Both the position numbers and the translations under genes were made by a program. Source: Alphaproteobacteria bacterium (GTDB lineage Bacteria; Pseudomonadota; Alphaproteobacteria; G963923945). From it: DNA of 64,000 bases. Location: positions 1,058,337-1,122,336 of the forward strand of contig OZ240684.1 of NCBI GenBank assembly GCA_965199175.1, given 5' to 3'. Shown one piece after another: positions 1 through 9,829 of this stretch. The notes below the pieces were generated by a model. It did no database searches, was not told where the DNA came from, and saw only the letters and a list, made by a program, of their open reading frames with translations. Within the stretch, counting starts at the first letter, position 1, and each line of letters opens with the position of its first letter.

Positions 1-497
1 AACAGCCCAGTCTGTCAGACAAAGAATCCTTCCTTGATCTGAGACCCCGCTTACCGGCTGGACCAATACCGGCAGAACAGCAGAAGACAAGAATCACCAG
101 GCCAGAACCACATCCCGACAAGACACTCGACAATCCTGAGAACATCTTTCTTGCTGAACAGGAGAGCCGGGCCCGACTGCAGCAAGCATTGGCACAAATC
201 CAAAATCCCACCAATGATCTCAACATGATTAGGCAAAACGAAACCGGACAAAACAAGCCGCTCAGTCAACCGGAACAAAAACCAGTATCTGATCCTCAGC
301 GTGCTGAATTCTTCAGACGACAAAGGGAGATACAGCAAAAACGCAAACACATGCTCGACCCCAACCAACCATCTCTGCTCAATCTGGCACCTCCGGGTTC
401 TGAACTGGCCCGGATTCTCGAGGAGAGAAAACAGAAACTGGCAAAGGAAAAACGGAAATCGCTGCGCGCCAACGCCAACAATACTGCTGTTGCCTGA
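1..497 (+). CDS. 5'-truncated (window edge) duplicate of the C-terminal Q/P/K-rich region of the 3494-4585 protein
   Basis: Positions 1-840 are ~98% identical to 4087-4930. The reading frame is open from the window edge to a TGA at 495-497 (ORF 189-497 lies within it). Confidence 0.5.
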   Translation, partial: QPSLSDKESFLDLRPRLPAGPIPAEQQKTRITRPEPHPDKTLDNPENIFLAEQESRARLQQALAQIQNPTNDLNMIRQNETGQNKPLSQPEQKPVSDPQRAEFFRRQREIQQKRKHMLDPNQPSLLNLAPPGSELARILEERKQKLAKEKRKSLRANANNTAVA

Positions 498-810
498 ACC
501 GGTCTCTTGCTGAGAATATACGATGCCGGTGCAGGCCACCAGCATCGTATGAATCTGGCAACACCGGGAAATATGCAAAGCCAGGCCAGGCCACCAGCAT
601 CATATGAATCTGGCAACACCGGGAAAGACAACTCCTTGCCAACAACCAGCCCCTTTTTTCTGTCAATTCCTTGCTCTGGTTCTGGTGGCCGTACCGGTAC
701 AGGGACTGACCAACCCTGGCCCGTCACAGGCACCATGGGCTGGATGTTTTTATTCTTTTATTCCTTTAGTTTTCTCTGGCTTCAACGTCACAAACCCTCA
801 ACATCCGGGT

Positions 811-865
811 TGGTTGCGGGGGCAGGATTTGAACCAGCACCCTCCTGGTTATGAGGCTCAAGGTA
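811..865 (-). pseudogene. tRNA-Met-like 3'-half remnant (att-like partial tRNA copy)
   Basis: The reverse complement reads ...CTCATAACC...GGTTCAAATCCTGCCCCCGCAACCA, matching the anticodon loop, T-arm and acceptor 3' strand of the intact tRNA-fMet at 4857-4933. The 5' half is unrelated, so no cloverleaf forms. Confidence 0.5.
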
Positions 866-1062
866 TCAAGCTGAGGTTCTAAAACCCGGCCAAGCGGAAT
901 TTTCTGTATTTTCTGTTTCGGCACATCCTGAAGAGGTGAATAAAACCTTGACGTTGCGGAGGGATACAAACATATACTATTTGTAATTTTCTGGCCTGGC
1001 ATCTTCATTGACGACGGATATTCATCAACTCTGTCAAAGTCATAAAATCCTCGAAGATTACA

Positions 1063-3351
1063 ATGATCACTCTCCGGGAAGATCACAATTCTGCCCCGGA
1101 AAAATCCGCAAAGGACCCTTATCTTCCCCAAACACCCGAACAAATAAGGGATGAAAGAATGATTGCCTCAGATAACCGATATACCCACCAACGCCGTGCC
1201 GGGTCGTTCTGCTCCCGGCTGGTTCTATGCTGCCTGGCTGTGTTCTGGCTGATCCCCCCGGCAGGGGCGGATAGCCCGGCGACAAATGATACCGATGCGA
1301 TTGATATCTGTCGCTATAACTCGGAGAGCCTTGAGGATTTAAGAGACCTGGTCAAAGCCAGAGCATTGGGAAAAACACTGTCTGAACTGGCGCACGCACT
1401 CAGTAATGATCCCGACCAGCTCCTGGCTGAGTGGGAAAAACCTGAAATAAAAATCGACGAACGTCTTCATAATCTGGGCAAAATTCCATTTGGTCATATC
1501 TATATTCACCGTGTTTTTTGCCCACAAGGATTTGGTAATCAAAATGTCTGGTTTTTCGATATTTTTGAGAATGAGGACGGTATTATCAGGAGTGCCCACA
1601 CCCAACTTTTTTATAATGATCAAAATTTTGCGATGCGTAATGAAAGCATCAACGCCAACCACTATCTCTCTGAGGATTGGGTTGTGAAGGCCGTTGCCAG
1701 CATGGCGGAAGCCCGCTTGTATAACCGCGAACAAATGCGTGAAGAAATGATCGCCGGTGGTTTCTGGCTCAATCGATCCTGCATCACCGCCGGGACGGTG
1801 ACCGATAATTTTGTCATCCGCCCTCTTTCACCCGATAATATGTTCGTTCTTATTAGCTTTTATCATATTCCGGATCCTCCTCCCCATGCCGCGATTACTT
1901 TTGCCAGACCTTCCGAAGAATTCCTGAATGTAAAAAAGGACAACAACGAATGCAGCCATGATGCAAGAACATATGGTCGGCAATCATCGGCTTTCTTCTT
2001 AGAAAATTACCCGGAGAGTTGGATCGCAAAAGCGATCAAATACAAAAGGGAACAAAAACGTCAGAAAAAACAACGTACATCGGAAAATGTTGCATTTCTT
2101 CGATCCCTAACCCCCATAAGGACCGTAGCCAATTCGATGCTCATTAGTCTCTGCGGCTATGATGTGGAAAACTTCGACGATCTTGATGCCCTGGTTCAGG
2201 CCAGGGGGATTGGGGCAACACTGCCGGAACTGGCCCGTGTTCTCAGTAAGGATCCGGCCGATACCCTGGCCTACTGGGAAGAAACCAATAAACCCCTTAG
2301 TGATCAACTTCGGGAATTGAGTGGGGTGACAACCGGACGACTTTACGAAATTGGTCAGGGATGTCGTCAAGAATCCGGGCTTATTGATGTTTGGTGGTTC
2401 CGGATCATTAAAAACCAAGACGGGGTAGTGGCATGGATTGAGACCACTCTTCGCTACGATGATCATAAAAACCCTAAAATATCCGATGATCTGACAGGCA
2501 GTCCAAAACCCACCAGTGATCCGTCCACCAAGGCCGAAAATGATCCGGTCCATGAGACCTCAGCAGACAGCATAGCCGGTGATCTGATTGATCTGTGTCG
2601 CTATGGGTCTCAGAGTTTTGATGACCTGGCGGCTCTGGTCAAAGCCAGAGGGTTGGGGAAAAAACTGGTGGCACTGGCCCATGCCCTCAGTGAGGATCCC
2701 GATCAACTCCTGGCCGACTGGCACCAACACAACCGGCCAGTTGATCCGGAGATTCAGGAAGTGACCGGGATTATCCCCGGACGGCTCTATCGGTTTGTCC
2801 AACACTGCCCGCAGGCATTTGATAATTACAATATCTGGTCTTTCCATATCTTAGAAAATGAGGGTGGTCGGGTGAAACAGATTGATCCGTATCTTTTCTA
2901 TGATCGTGATCAGAACTTTGCCATGCGCAATGAAGCCATCAATGCGGCCCGCTATGCCACCCCTAAGGGGGTTGTTCAGGCTGTCACCAGCCTGGCTGAG
3001 GCCCGTTCCTACAGCCGGGAGGACATGCGTAAGACCATGAATAACGGTGGCTTTTGGCTCAACGGGTCTTGTGAGACCATTGAGATACTCAGAGATAACT
3101 TTGTAGCACCGTATTCATCTCCCAATAGTTTGGTTGGTCTGCATGGCTACCCATCCACTCCCTGGGATCAGTATCCACATGCGGCAGTAGTGTTTTCCCG
3201 ATCTTCGGGAGAGTTGATGAAGGTCCACACAGCCCCTGATGTTGATCACCGGGAATGCCGCTTGAACAACGATACAATGGAACAACAAGGCAGAGAATTT
3301 TTTAAAAAAACCTACCCGGATAGTTGGATAGTTAAAAAAATGGTTCAGTGA
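1063..3351 (+). CDS. Large secreted hypothetical protein with three internal ~230-aa repeat modules
   Basis: 762-aa ORF. A hydrophobic signal-like segment (LVLCCLAVFWLIPPAGA) follows Met33, which is an alternative start at 1159. Three modules each begin D-x-I-D-L/I-C-R-Y-x-S-x-S-x-x-D-L-x-x-L-V-K/Q-A-R-x-L/I-G-K/A-x-L and continue through LAHALSxDPDQLLAxW to FAMRNE and GGFWLN motifs. I recognise no family. Confidence 0.6.
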   Translation: MITLREDHNSAPEKSAKDPYLPQTPEQIRDERMIASDNRYTHQRRAGSFCSRLVLCCLAVFWLIPPAGADSPATNDTDAIDICRYNSESLEDLRDLVKARALGKTLSELAHALSNDPDQLLAEWEKPEIKIDERLHNLGKIPFGHIYIHRVFCPQGFGNQNVWFFDIFENEDGIIRSAHTQLFYNDQNFAMRNESINANHYLSEDWVVKAVASMAEARLYNREQMREEMIAGGFWLNRSCITAGTVTDNFVIRPLSPDNMFVLISFYHIPDPPPHAAITFARPSEEFLNVKKDNNECSHDARTYGRQSSAFFLENYPESWIAKAIKYKREQKRQKKQRTSENVAFLRSLTPIRTVANSMLISLCGYDVENFDDLDALVQARGIGATLPELARVLSKDPADTLAYWEETNKPLSDQLRELSGVTTGRLYEIGQGCRQESGLIDVWWFRIIKNQDGVVAWIETTLRYDDHKNPKISDDLTGSPKPTSDPSTKAENDPVHETSADSIAGDLIDLCRYGSQSFDDLAALVKARGLGKKLVALAHALSEDPDQLLADWHQHNRPVDPEIQEVTGIIPGRLYRFVQHCPQAFDNYNIWSFHILENEGGRVKQIDPYLFYDRDQNFAMRNEAINAARYATPKGVVQAVTSLAEARSYSREDMRKTMNNGGFWLNGSCETIEILRDNFVAPYSSPNSLVGLHGYPSTPWDQYPHAAVVFSRSSGELMKVHTAPDVDHRECRLNNDTMEQQGREFFKKTYPDSWIVKKMVQ

Positions 3352-3493
3352 TCTCCGGGTTCAGAAACCCGGGACTCATGATCTGAATATGCACCAACAC
3401 CATAGGGAGGGAATCAATCAACAAAACAAACAAAATATCAATAACAGCCCCAACCATCACCCGAAAACCAGAATTACAAGGAAAGGAAATATC

Positions 3494-4585
3494 ATGGCTG
3501 AAATACGAATCGAGGGACGCGAAGTCAAAATGGGGAAAAAAGATGGAAATAATATATTCGACGCCGGACATTTATATCTGGTTTATGTCGATGACGATGG
3601 CAAGGAAACTATTATCGGCGGGGGACCAAGTGATAATCCATTGACCAATGTAAACGCCACTCTTGATGTCATAATAGATTTTCCAATCCAGCTTTCACAA
3701 GAGAAATGGGACGGGAAAGACATAGAGGTCAGACGTCAAAAACGAGGAAGCATTACTCTTGATTTGGGCGACCGAGACCCAGAAGAAGTTTGGCAAGAAA
3801 TGCTGGTTGCTGCGAAAAAAATTGGTGATGCGAAAATTGATTACGATATACGTGGCCCCAATAGCAATACTCTGATTGCCGCCGTGCTCAATCATGTTGG
3901 AATTACGAACCTCAAGCTGCTGCCCCCAGTGGAAAGAGTCGATGGAAGCTGGGTTAATGCCCCCTATCCCGGTACTCGTCACGAAACCGTTACAGAGCTA
4001 ATGGAAAAAGCCGAGTTATCGCCCCCCCAGGGCCAGGACAACCAGCAAAACCCGGAAACCGGTAGAGATCAGCAGTTCCCAAAAAGAAAACAGCCCAGTC
4101 TATCAGACAAAGAATCCTTCCTTGATCTGAGACCCCGCTTACCGGCTGGACCAATACCGGCAGAACAGCAGAAGACAAGAATCACCAGGCCAGAACCACA
4201 TCCCGACAAGACACTCGACAATCCTGAGAACATCTTTCTTGCTGAACAGGAGAGCCGGGCCCGACTGCAGCAAGCATTGGCACAAATCCAAAATCCCACC
4301 AATGATCTCAACATGATTAGGCAAAACGAAACCGGACAAAACAAGCCGCTCAGTCAACCGGAACAAAAACCAGTATCTGATCCTCAGCGTGCTGAATTCT
4401 TCAGACGACAAAGGGAGATACAGCAAAAACGCAAACACATGCTCGACCCCAACCAGCCATCTCTGCTCAATCTGGCACCTCCGGGTTCTGAACTGGCCCG
4501 GATTCTTGAGGAGAGAAAACAGAAACTGGCAAAGGAAAAACGGAAATCGCTGCGCGCCAACACCAACAATACTGCTGTTGCCTGA
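3494..4585 (+). CDS. Hypothetical protein with ~190-aa N-terminal globular domain and Q/P/K-rich low-complexity C-terminus
   Basis: ATG at 3494 follows AGGAAAGGAAAT (Shine-Dalgarno-like); the ORF track gives 3389-4585. The C-terminal 165 aa are duplicated at window positions 1-497. Confidence 0.55.
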   Translation: MAEIRIEGREVKMGKKDGNNIFDAGHLYLVYVDDDGKETIIGGGPSDNPLTNVNATLDVIIDFPIQLSQEKWDGKDIEVRRQKRGSITLDLGDRDPEEVWQEMLVAAKKIGDAKIDYDIRGPNSNTLIAAVLNHVGITNLKLLPPVERVDGSWVNAPYPGTRHETVTELMEKAELSPPQGQDNQQNPETGRDQQFPKRKQPSLSDKESFLDLRPRLPAGPIPAEQQKTRITRPEPHPDKTLDNPENIFLAEQESRARLQQALAQIQNPTNDLNMIRQNETGQNKPLSQPEQKPVSDPQRAEFFRRQREIQQKRKHMLDPNQPSLLNLAPPGSELARILEERKQKLAKEKRKSLRANTNNTAVA

Positions 4586-4854
4586 ACCGGCCTCTTGCTG
4601 AGAACATACGATGCCGGTCGCTCGCACCGGCATCGTATAGATCGGCAACCCCCGGGAAAGACAACTCCTTGCCAACAACCAGCCCTTTTTTCTGTCAATT
4701 CCTTGCTCTGGTTCTGGTGGCCGTACCGGTACAGGGACTGACCAACCCCGGCGTCACAGGCATCATGGGTTGGACGTTCTTACTGTCTTACTGTCTTATT
4801 CTTTTATTCTCTTAGTTTTCTCTGGCTTCAACGTCACAAACCCTCAACGTCCGG

Positions 4855-4933
<79 letters not shown>

Positions 4934-5192
4934 TCAATCAAGGATTCTTCTTGTGACACGCATGATGCCATGATGATCTCTGATGCATGTGTCGGCTCAG
5001 GTACCATTCTGGCAAGCGTCTGTCCAGAAAACTTTGCAGAAAAATATCAATGTATTACCAATATCTGCAACAGGATGCCCCGAACACGGAGGGCTGGCTT
5101 GTGTGTTCATTTATTCTTAAAATGAGAGGAAGAGTTGTATCCGGTTCTGGCATTCATTGCCCGGTTTTTCTTGATCAAAGAGTTTATAAACC

Positions 5193-6776
5193 ATGCGGCA
5201 CTTCGTTCCTTCTCTGCGTGCGCTTCTTACCCTCAATGCGTTGATTGCTGTCCTGGCTCTCCTGACTGCCGCTTGTCTGGCTCTGTGGGGAGTTTATACC
5301 TTCAGCAATTACCATAAACGTGCTTCCCATTCCTACGAACAGCTTGCTCTTGCCATGAGTCTGGAGACGAATATCGGCTTTTTTCTGATCACTGAGATCA
5401 AGCAATTTGTTGATCCGGCCAACCCGTCAGCTGAGGTAACTGAAATCCAGAAAATTGAGCAAAACCTATCTGCATTGATCCAAACCATTGATGAGGAAAT
5501 CAATTTCCTGGATGGGGAAAGACAAAAAGCCGAAGAACAGGCCGAGTATCAGACTGTGCATGTCATTGACAGTCTGTTTCAAAAAATACGGCGCACCATG
5601 CGTAAGGAACGTCTTCGGGCCGAAGTATCTGACCGAGCGGAAGTCGTGCATGACGTCATCAATAACATTGTTTCTGTCGATTATCGGCGTTTGAGCGAAA
5701 TTGTTCACAGATTGGTTGCTGAGGAACGTCTCGAAGTAAAAGAGTCTGTCGAAAACATCCGTTTACTGGGCTGGAATATTCTCTTTTTCTCGATCTCGGC
5801 TATCATTTTAACGATGGTGTTTGCCCTGGGTGGGGCCATGGCGACTTACAACGTCTTGATGCGTCCGGTGGCCCAGCTTTCCAAAGGGTCTCAAGCACTG
5901 GCTCAGGGTGATCTTGACCACCGTATTACCATTGCCCGTCCTCCCGAATTTGCAGAACTTGCTGACCGCTTTAATAACATGGCACAGAGAATCTCTTTCC
6001 AGAAAACCCAGTTGGCCGACATCAATCAAGGGTTGGAAAAAATCGTTGCCGAACGAACCCAGGAACTGGCGGAGAAAATCAACCAGCTGGCTAAAATAGA
6101 CGACTCGCGGCGGCTTTTTTTCGCTAAGATTGGCCACGAATTGAGGACGCCGCTCACCGTATTGCTGGGGGAAGCCGATGTAGCATTGAGACGTCTGGAT
6201 TCCGATCCGGCTTTTTATAGGCAAGCTCTGACTCATATCGCCGCCAATGGTGAATTTTTGAAACGCCGTATCAGCGATCTGATTGGCCTTGCCCGTTCAG
6301 AGGATGGGCGAATCGTTCTCGAAAACCGGCCCATGGATTTGGAAACCGTTGTTGACGATGCGGTGCAGGTGGTTCAATCTTTTGCCCATTCCAGCGGTGT
6401 GGTTTTGCAAACCAGCCTCCCTGAACAACCGGTTGTTCTCCAGGGAGACCAGAGTTGGTTGCGACAAAGCATGCTGACATTGATCGACAATGCTGTTAAA
6501 TTTTCTCCTAAAGACGGGGTAGTTGAGATCAGGCTCGAACGTCATCAAACAGCGGCGATAATCGACGTAATTGATCAGGGTTTTGGCGTTCCGGATACTG
6601 ATCTGCATAACGTGTTTGACCCTTATTACCAATCGGCAAATGGCCGGGGCAGCGGGAGTGGTCTTGGGCTTGCCGTGGCTCATTGGGTGGCCAAACATCA
6701 CCAGGGGTGGATAAAGGCCGAAAACCTGACTCCCAGAGGTTTTCGCATTCGAATGGAGCTTCCGCTCAAGCCATGA
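5193..6776 (+). CDS. Membrane sensor histidine kinase (HAMP-HisKA-HATPase)
   Basis: N-terminal TM segment, HAMP-like region, H-box IGHELRTPL, and N/G-box motifs (DNAVKFS, GSGLGL). Confidence 0.85.
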   Translation: MRHFVPSLRALLTLNALIAVLALLTAACLALWGVYTFSNYHKRASHSYEQLALAMSLETNIGFFLITEIKQFVDPANPSAEVTEIQKIEQNLSALIQTIDEEINFLDGERQKAEEQAEYQTVHVIDSLFQKIRRTMRKERLRAEVSDRAEVVHDVINNIVSVDYRRLSEIVHRLVAEERLEVKESVENIRLLGWNILFFSISAIILTMVFALGGAMATYNVLMRPVAQLSKGSQALAQGDLDHRITIARPPEFAELADRFNNMAQRISFQKTQLADINQGLEKIVAERTQELAEKINQLAKIDDSRRLFFAKIGHELRTPLTVLLGEADVALRRLDSDPAFYRQALTHIAANGEFLKRRISDLIGLARSEDGRIVLENRPMDLETVVDDAVQVVQSFAHSSGVVLQTSLPEQPVVLQGDQSWLRQSMLTLIDNAVKFSPKDGVVEIRLERHQTAAIIDVIDQGFGVPDTDLHNVFDPYYQSANGRGSGSGLGLAVAHWVAKHHQGWIKAENLTPRGFRIRMELPLKP

Positions 6777-6916
6777 AAATTCTCGTTGTTAAAGATGACG
6801 TTGGCGTCAGACGATTGATTGAACAGGGTCTGCATGTTGAGGGATATGATGTCAACATCTCTGCAGTGGCCAGACGGCCCTCAAACCCTGGAATTATTCG
6901 CCAATGTCTTGATTGA
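6773..6916 (+). pseudogene. Truncated OmpR-family response regulator (receiver N-terminus only, 47 aa)
   Basis: MKILVVKDDVGVRRLIEQGL... begins at an ATG overlapping the kinase stop (ATGA), but a stop follows after 47 codons. Confidence 0.5.
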
Positions 6917-7087
6917 TGCCCATCCCCGGCATGCTGAATTTGAAAAAGATGGTTCCTCTGTTTGGGTCACGTCTGAAGTCGGTGCTATGGCCTGAGTGAT
7001 TGAGGCCGCAACCTAAAAAATGGTCAGGAAAATTTGTTTCGAAATTCCCGGTATAAAAATTCCCGGTATAAAACCAGAGTTAATCCA

Positions 7088-7366
7088 ACCTACAGGAATG
7101 CGTTTCAGTAAAGATGGTCAATGCGCTTTCGTTGCCCCTGGTCCCTCTGAGCACATTACAGTTATTGATACACCAGCCATGAGTTCCAGATGATATCCTG
7201 GTTGGTCAACGACCCTGGCATATCGAAATACATCCAGATGGCTCAAAGCTCTATGTTGCCAACGGAATGACCAATGACATGACCGTGATTGATGTGCGTA
7301 TTTTGAAAGCCGAATGTTGGGTTCCGGTCAGACGTCTGCCCTGGGGGGTCGCCATCATTCCCTGAG
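7088..7366 (+). pseudogene. Frameshifted remnants of a YVTN-type beta-propeller repeat protein
   Basis: Fragments FSKDGQCAFVAPGPSEHITVIDT and HPDGSKLYVANGMTNDMTVIDV in different frames match the ~40-aa YVTN beta-propeller repeat. No intact ORF. Confidence 0.4.
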
Positions 7367-7459
7367 AAGATCGAATCACCCTGGCATAGTTGACGCCAGG
7401 AATGGCCCCCGGATATTCATTTTGGCAGCAGGATCCGGGAAAATCAAAAAGGGTGTGCT

Positions 7460-7590
7460 CAATCACTGTGCAGGCTTTAAATCATTGATACAGATCTATT
7501 ATTGACACAGATCTATTATTGTCACATAGCAACGTGAGTAAAGTGTCGTGATTTTTTGAACCCCTTGCGGCGACAATTTCCTATACTGAA
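7460..7590 (+). repeat. Copy A of a ~125-bp direct repeat flanking the hydrogenase island (with internal 17-bp duplication)
   Basis: caatcactgtgcaggctttaaatcattgatacagatctatt...tgtcacatagcaacg...attttttgaa...cttgcggcgacaatt..cc.tac..gaa is ~85% identical to 25076-25190. Confidence 0.8.
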
Positions 7591-7855
7591 CTCACTTCCA
7601 GCAGTCAATTTTCTAAGCTTCAATGTCTGCCCCGAACCGATCTTGAGCAGGCTGTTTGGTCAATGGGATATGGACCCCGACTCATTGGGGTCAAAATCGA
7701 AATCGCGCCGGACTCTATTTAACCGGGATATTTTCGGACGATGATAACTGTGGATGACAGATGAAAGAGTGATGGTCGATTCGTAAATTTTATTTGCATA
7801 TTGAAAAGAAACTTAGCAGGATTGAACAAGACGTGATGATTAAAAAAATCCGCAT

Positions 7856-9298
7856 GTGACAACACAGAAAACAATTCTCCTGATCTCTGATGATACGGAA
7901 TTTGTAGAGGTCGCGCGTACGGCTTTCTCTCATACCGGCGATTACCGGCTTGTCCTCTGCGCAAACCGACATGCCGCGGCCAATCGTCTTGAGCAGATTG
8001 AGGCGCATCTTCTGATCGCGGATTACGATGTGGAGGATGGCCAGGGCGGCGAGGCACTTTGCGAGGCCAGAATCTCCCATCCTCAAATTCCAAGAATGCT
8101 CATCGCGAGGACAGAAATCGCGGTTACAGATTCAGATATTGTCCGCAGATGTGCTGCTTATTTGTTTTTGTTCAAGCCGGTTATGCCGACACAGTTGGAT
8201 ATTTCGGTTAAACGCGCATTGGAACTGAGCGAATTGTCACGTCGACACCGGTTGTTATCGCGTGAACTCAGAATTTCGATCGATGACGATATATTCGGTG
8301 ATGAGCACAAGATGTCGGTCAAAGGCGGCGTGTCGCAATTTGAGAAACTTGTGTTTGCCAGTCCAAAGATGGCTGAACTGGTTGAAGATGCAAGGCGGGC
8401 CGCTAAAACCGAGTTACCGGTATTGATTCATGGTGAAACAGGGACTGGAAAAGAATTGTTGGCGCGGGCGATACATTACAATTCGCAACGAATGGATTCA
8501 CCGCTTCTGGTTCAAAATTGCGGGGGGATGAGCGATGAAACTCTGCATTCTGAACTTTTTGGCCATCTGCGTGGCGCATTCACCGGAGCTGTTGCGGATC
8601 GTCTGGGTCTCTTTCGGGCCGCCGAAGGCGGGACTGTTTTTTTAGATGAAATCTCAGAAGTATCATCGAATTTTCAGGTCAGCTTGTTGAGGTTTCTCCA
8701 GGAAGGCGAAGTCAAACCTTTGGGATCGGACAAGGTGTCATACTCCAATGTTCGGATTGTCGCAGCATCCAATCGTTCACTGGAAGCAATGGTCGAATCT
8801 GGTGGCTTTCGACGAGATCTTTACTATCGGCTTAAAGGGTTTACCCTCTTAATTCCGCCGCTGCGGGAACGTCCGGAAGACATATCGGTCCTTGCTGAGT
8901 TTTTCCTTGAAAAATACGCAGGGGTTGTTGGTCGCCAGGTCATGGGTATTACGAAAGCTGCATTGGACGCGCTGGCTGCCTATAGATATCCGGGAAATGT
9001 CCGGGAGCTTGAAACAGAACTACAGAGAATGATCGCCGTTGCAGATCAAGGTGGATATATCTCGGAACGCCATTTGTCGCCTTCCATCCGACAAGCGGCA
9101 GCTGCCGGACACACCAATGGACCTCAAGCAATCGAAGGGGCCAATTTGAAAGAAATGGTAGAGAATCTAGAGCGTCAGGTGGTCAGGCAAACGCTGGAAA
9201 AAACACGATGGAATCAAAGCCAGGCGGCTCACATGCTCGGACTTTCCCGGGCTGGTTTGGCCAATAAAATCAAACGCTATAATCTTCAGGCGGAATAG
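7856..9298 (+). CDS. Sigma-54-dependent response regulator (NtrC family; HoxA/HupR-like hydrogenase activator)
   Basis: GTG start. Receiver domain, AAA+ sigma54-interaction domain (GETGTGKE, GAFTGA), and C-terminal Fis-type HTH. Confidence 0.85.
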   Translation: MTTQKTILLISDDTEFVEVARTAFSHTGDYRLVLCANRHAAANRLEQIEAHLLIADYDVEDGQGGEALCEARISHPQIPRMLIARTEIAVTDSDIVRRCAAYLFLFKPVMPTQLDISVKRALELSELSRRHRLLSRELRISIDDDIFGDEHKMSVKGGVSQFEKLVFASPKMAELVEDARRAAKTELPVLIHGETGTGKELLARAIHYNSQRMDSPLLVQNCGGMSDETLHSELFGHLRGAFTGAVADRLGLFRAAEGGTVFLDEISEVSSNFQVSLLRFLQEGEVKPLGSDKVSYSNVRIVAASNRSLEAMVESGGFRRDLYYRLKGFTLLIPPLRERPEDISVLAEFFLEKYAGVVGRQVMGITKAALDALAAYRYPGNVRELETELQRMIAVADQGGYISERHLSPSIRQAAAAGHTNGPQAIEGANLKEMVENLERQVVRQTLEKTRWNQSQAAHMLGLSRAGLANKIKRYNLQAE

Positions 9299-9308
9299 GT
9301 CGTTTCGG

Positions 9309-9542
9309 ATGTCTGAAAATGATGGGACCAAATGCTCCGGGAATATTGTGGGGTTTCCACAGTCACGCACCCGGATTGGACCTTTGCGTCCAGCAAAAGA
9401 CCTTGGTTTATCAAGGTTGTCGCGCCAAGTTGGGTCACATGGAAAAGCCGCTCAAGGTCATTGGTGCAGTCACTGCGAAGGCATTTGGTACAGCTATTTC
9501 CCGGAGTCCGAATGTCCCGTTTGTGGCAACCGGCATGGGTGA
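9309..9542 (+). CDS. Small hypothetical zinc-ribbon protein (C-terminal CxxC...CPxCG, rubredoxin-like)
   Basis: 77-aa ORF with WCSHC...CPVCGN. Three overlapping frames are open here, so coding status is uncertain. Confidence 0.3.
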   Translation: MSENDGTKCSGNIVGFPQSRTRIGPLRPAKDLGLSRLSRQVGSHGKAAQGHWCSHCEGIWYSYFPESECPVCGNRHG

Positions 9543-9672
9543 TCGAAACCTGCTCATTAACTTTACATCTGTAAAGTAAGTTGCATTGCTGTGTTGGGTA
9601 GGGAGGCTGAATTTTAGTGCCTGAATCTCATCAACTTGTTGATATTATGTATAAAAATTTTTGGACTAAAAC

Positions 9673-9689
9673 TGGCATTGTTTTTGCTT
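9673..9689 (+). promoter_or_regulatory. Sigma-54 (-24/-12) promoter upstream of hydrogenase small subunit
   Basis: TGGCATtgtttTTGCTT has GG and GC separated by exactly 10 nt and lies ~140 bp upstream of the hupS start. Two 16-bp direct repeats (aagttagcagacagaa) sit between it and the RBS. Confidence 0.6.
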
Positions 9690-9829
9690 AATATCGTGCT
9701 GTGGATCATACGGTGATTGATAATCCGTTCGAACAAGCAGATGAAAACCAAAACAAAGTTAGCAGACAGAACAAAAAAGTTAGCAGACAGAAAAAGAGAT
9801 AGAGACAGAAAAACGAAGGAGGAAAAAGA

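Noticed and set aside
51-736. Overlapping ORFs on both strands at 51-736 and 4139-4698
   Set aside because: They are duplicated copies of the same sequence and overlap the better-supported plus-strand gene 3' end. They are mutually exclusive frames with no RBS, and their apparent similarity is just the DNA duplication.
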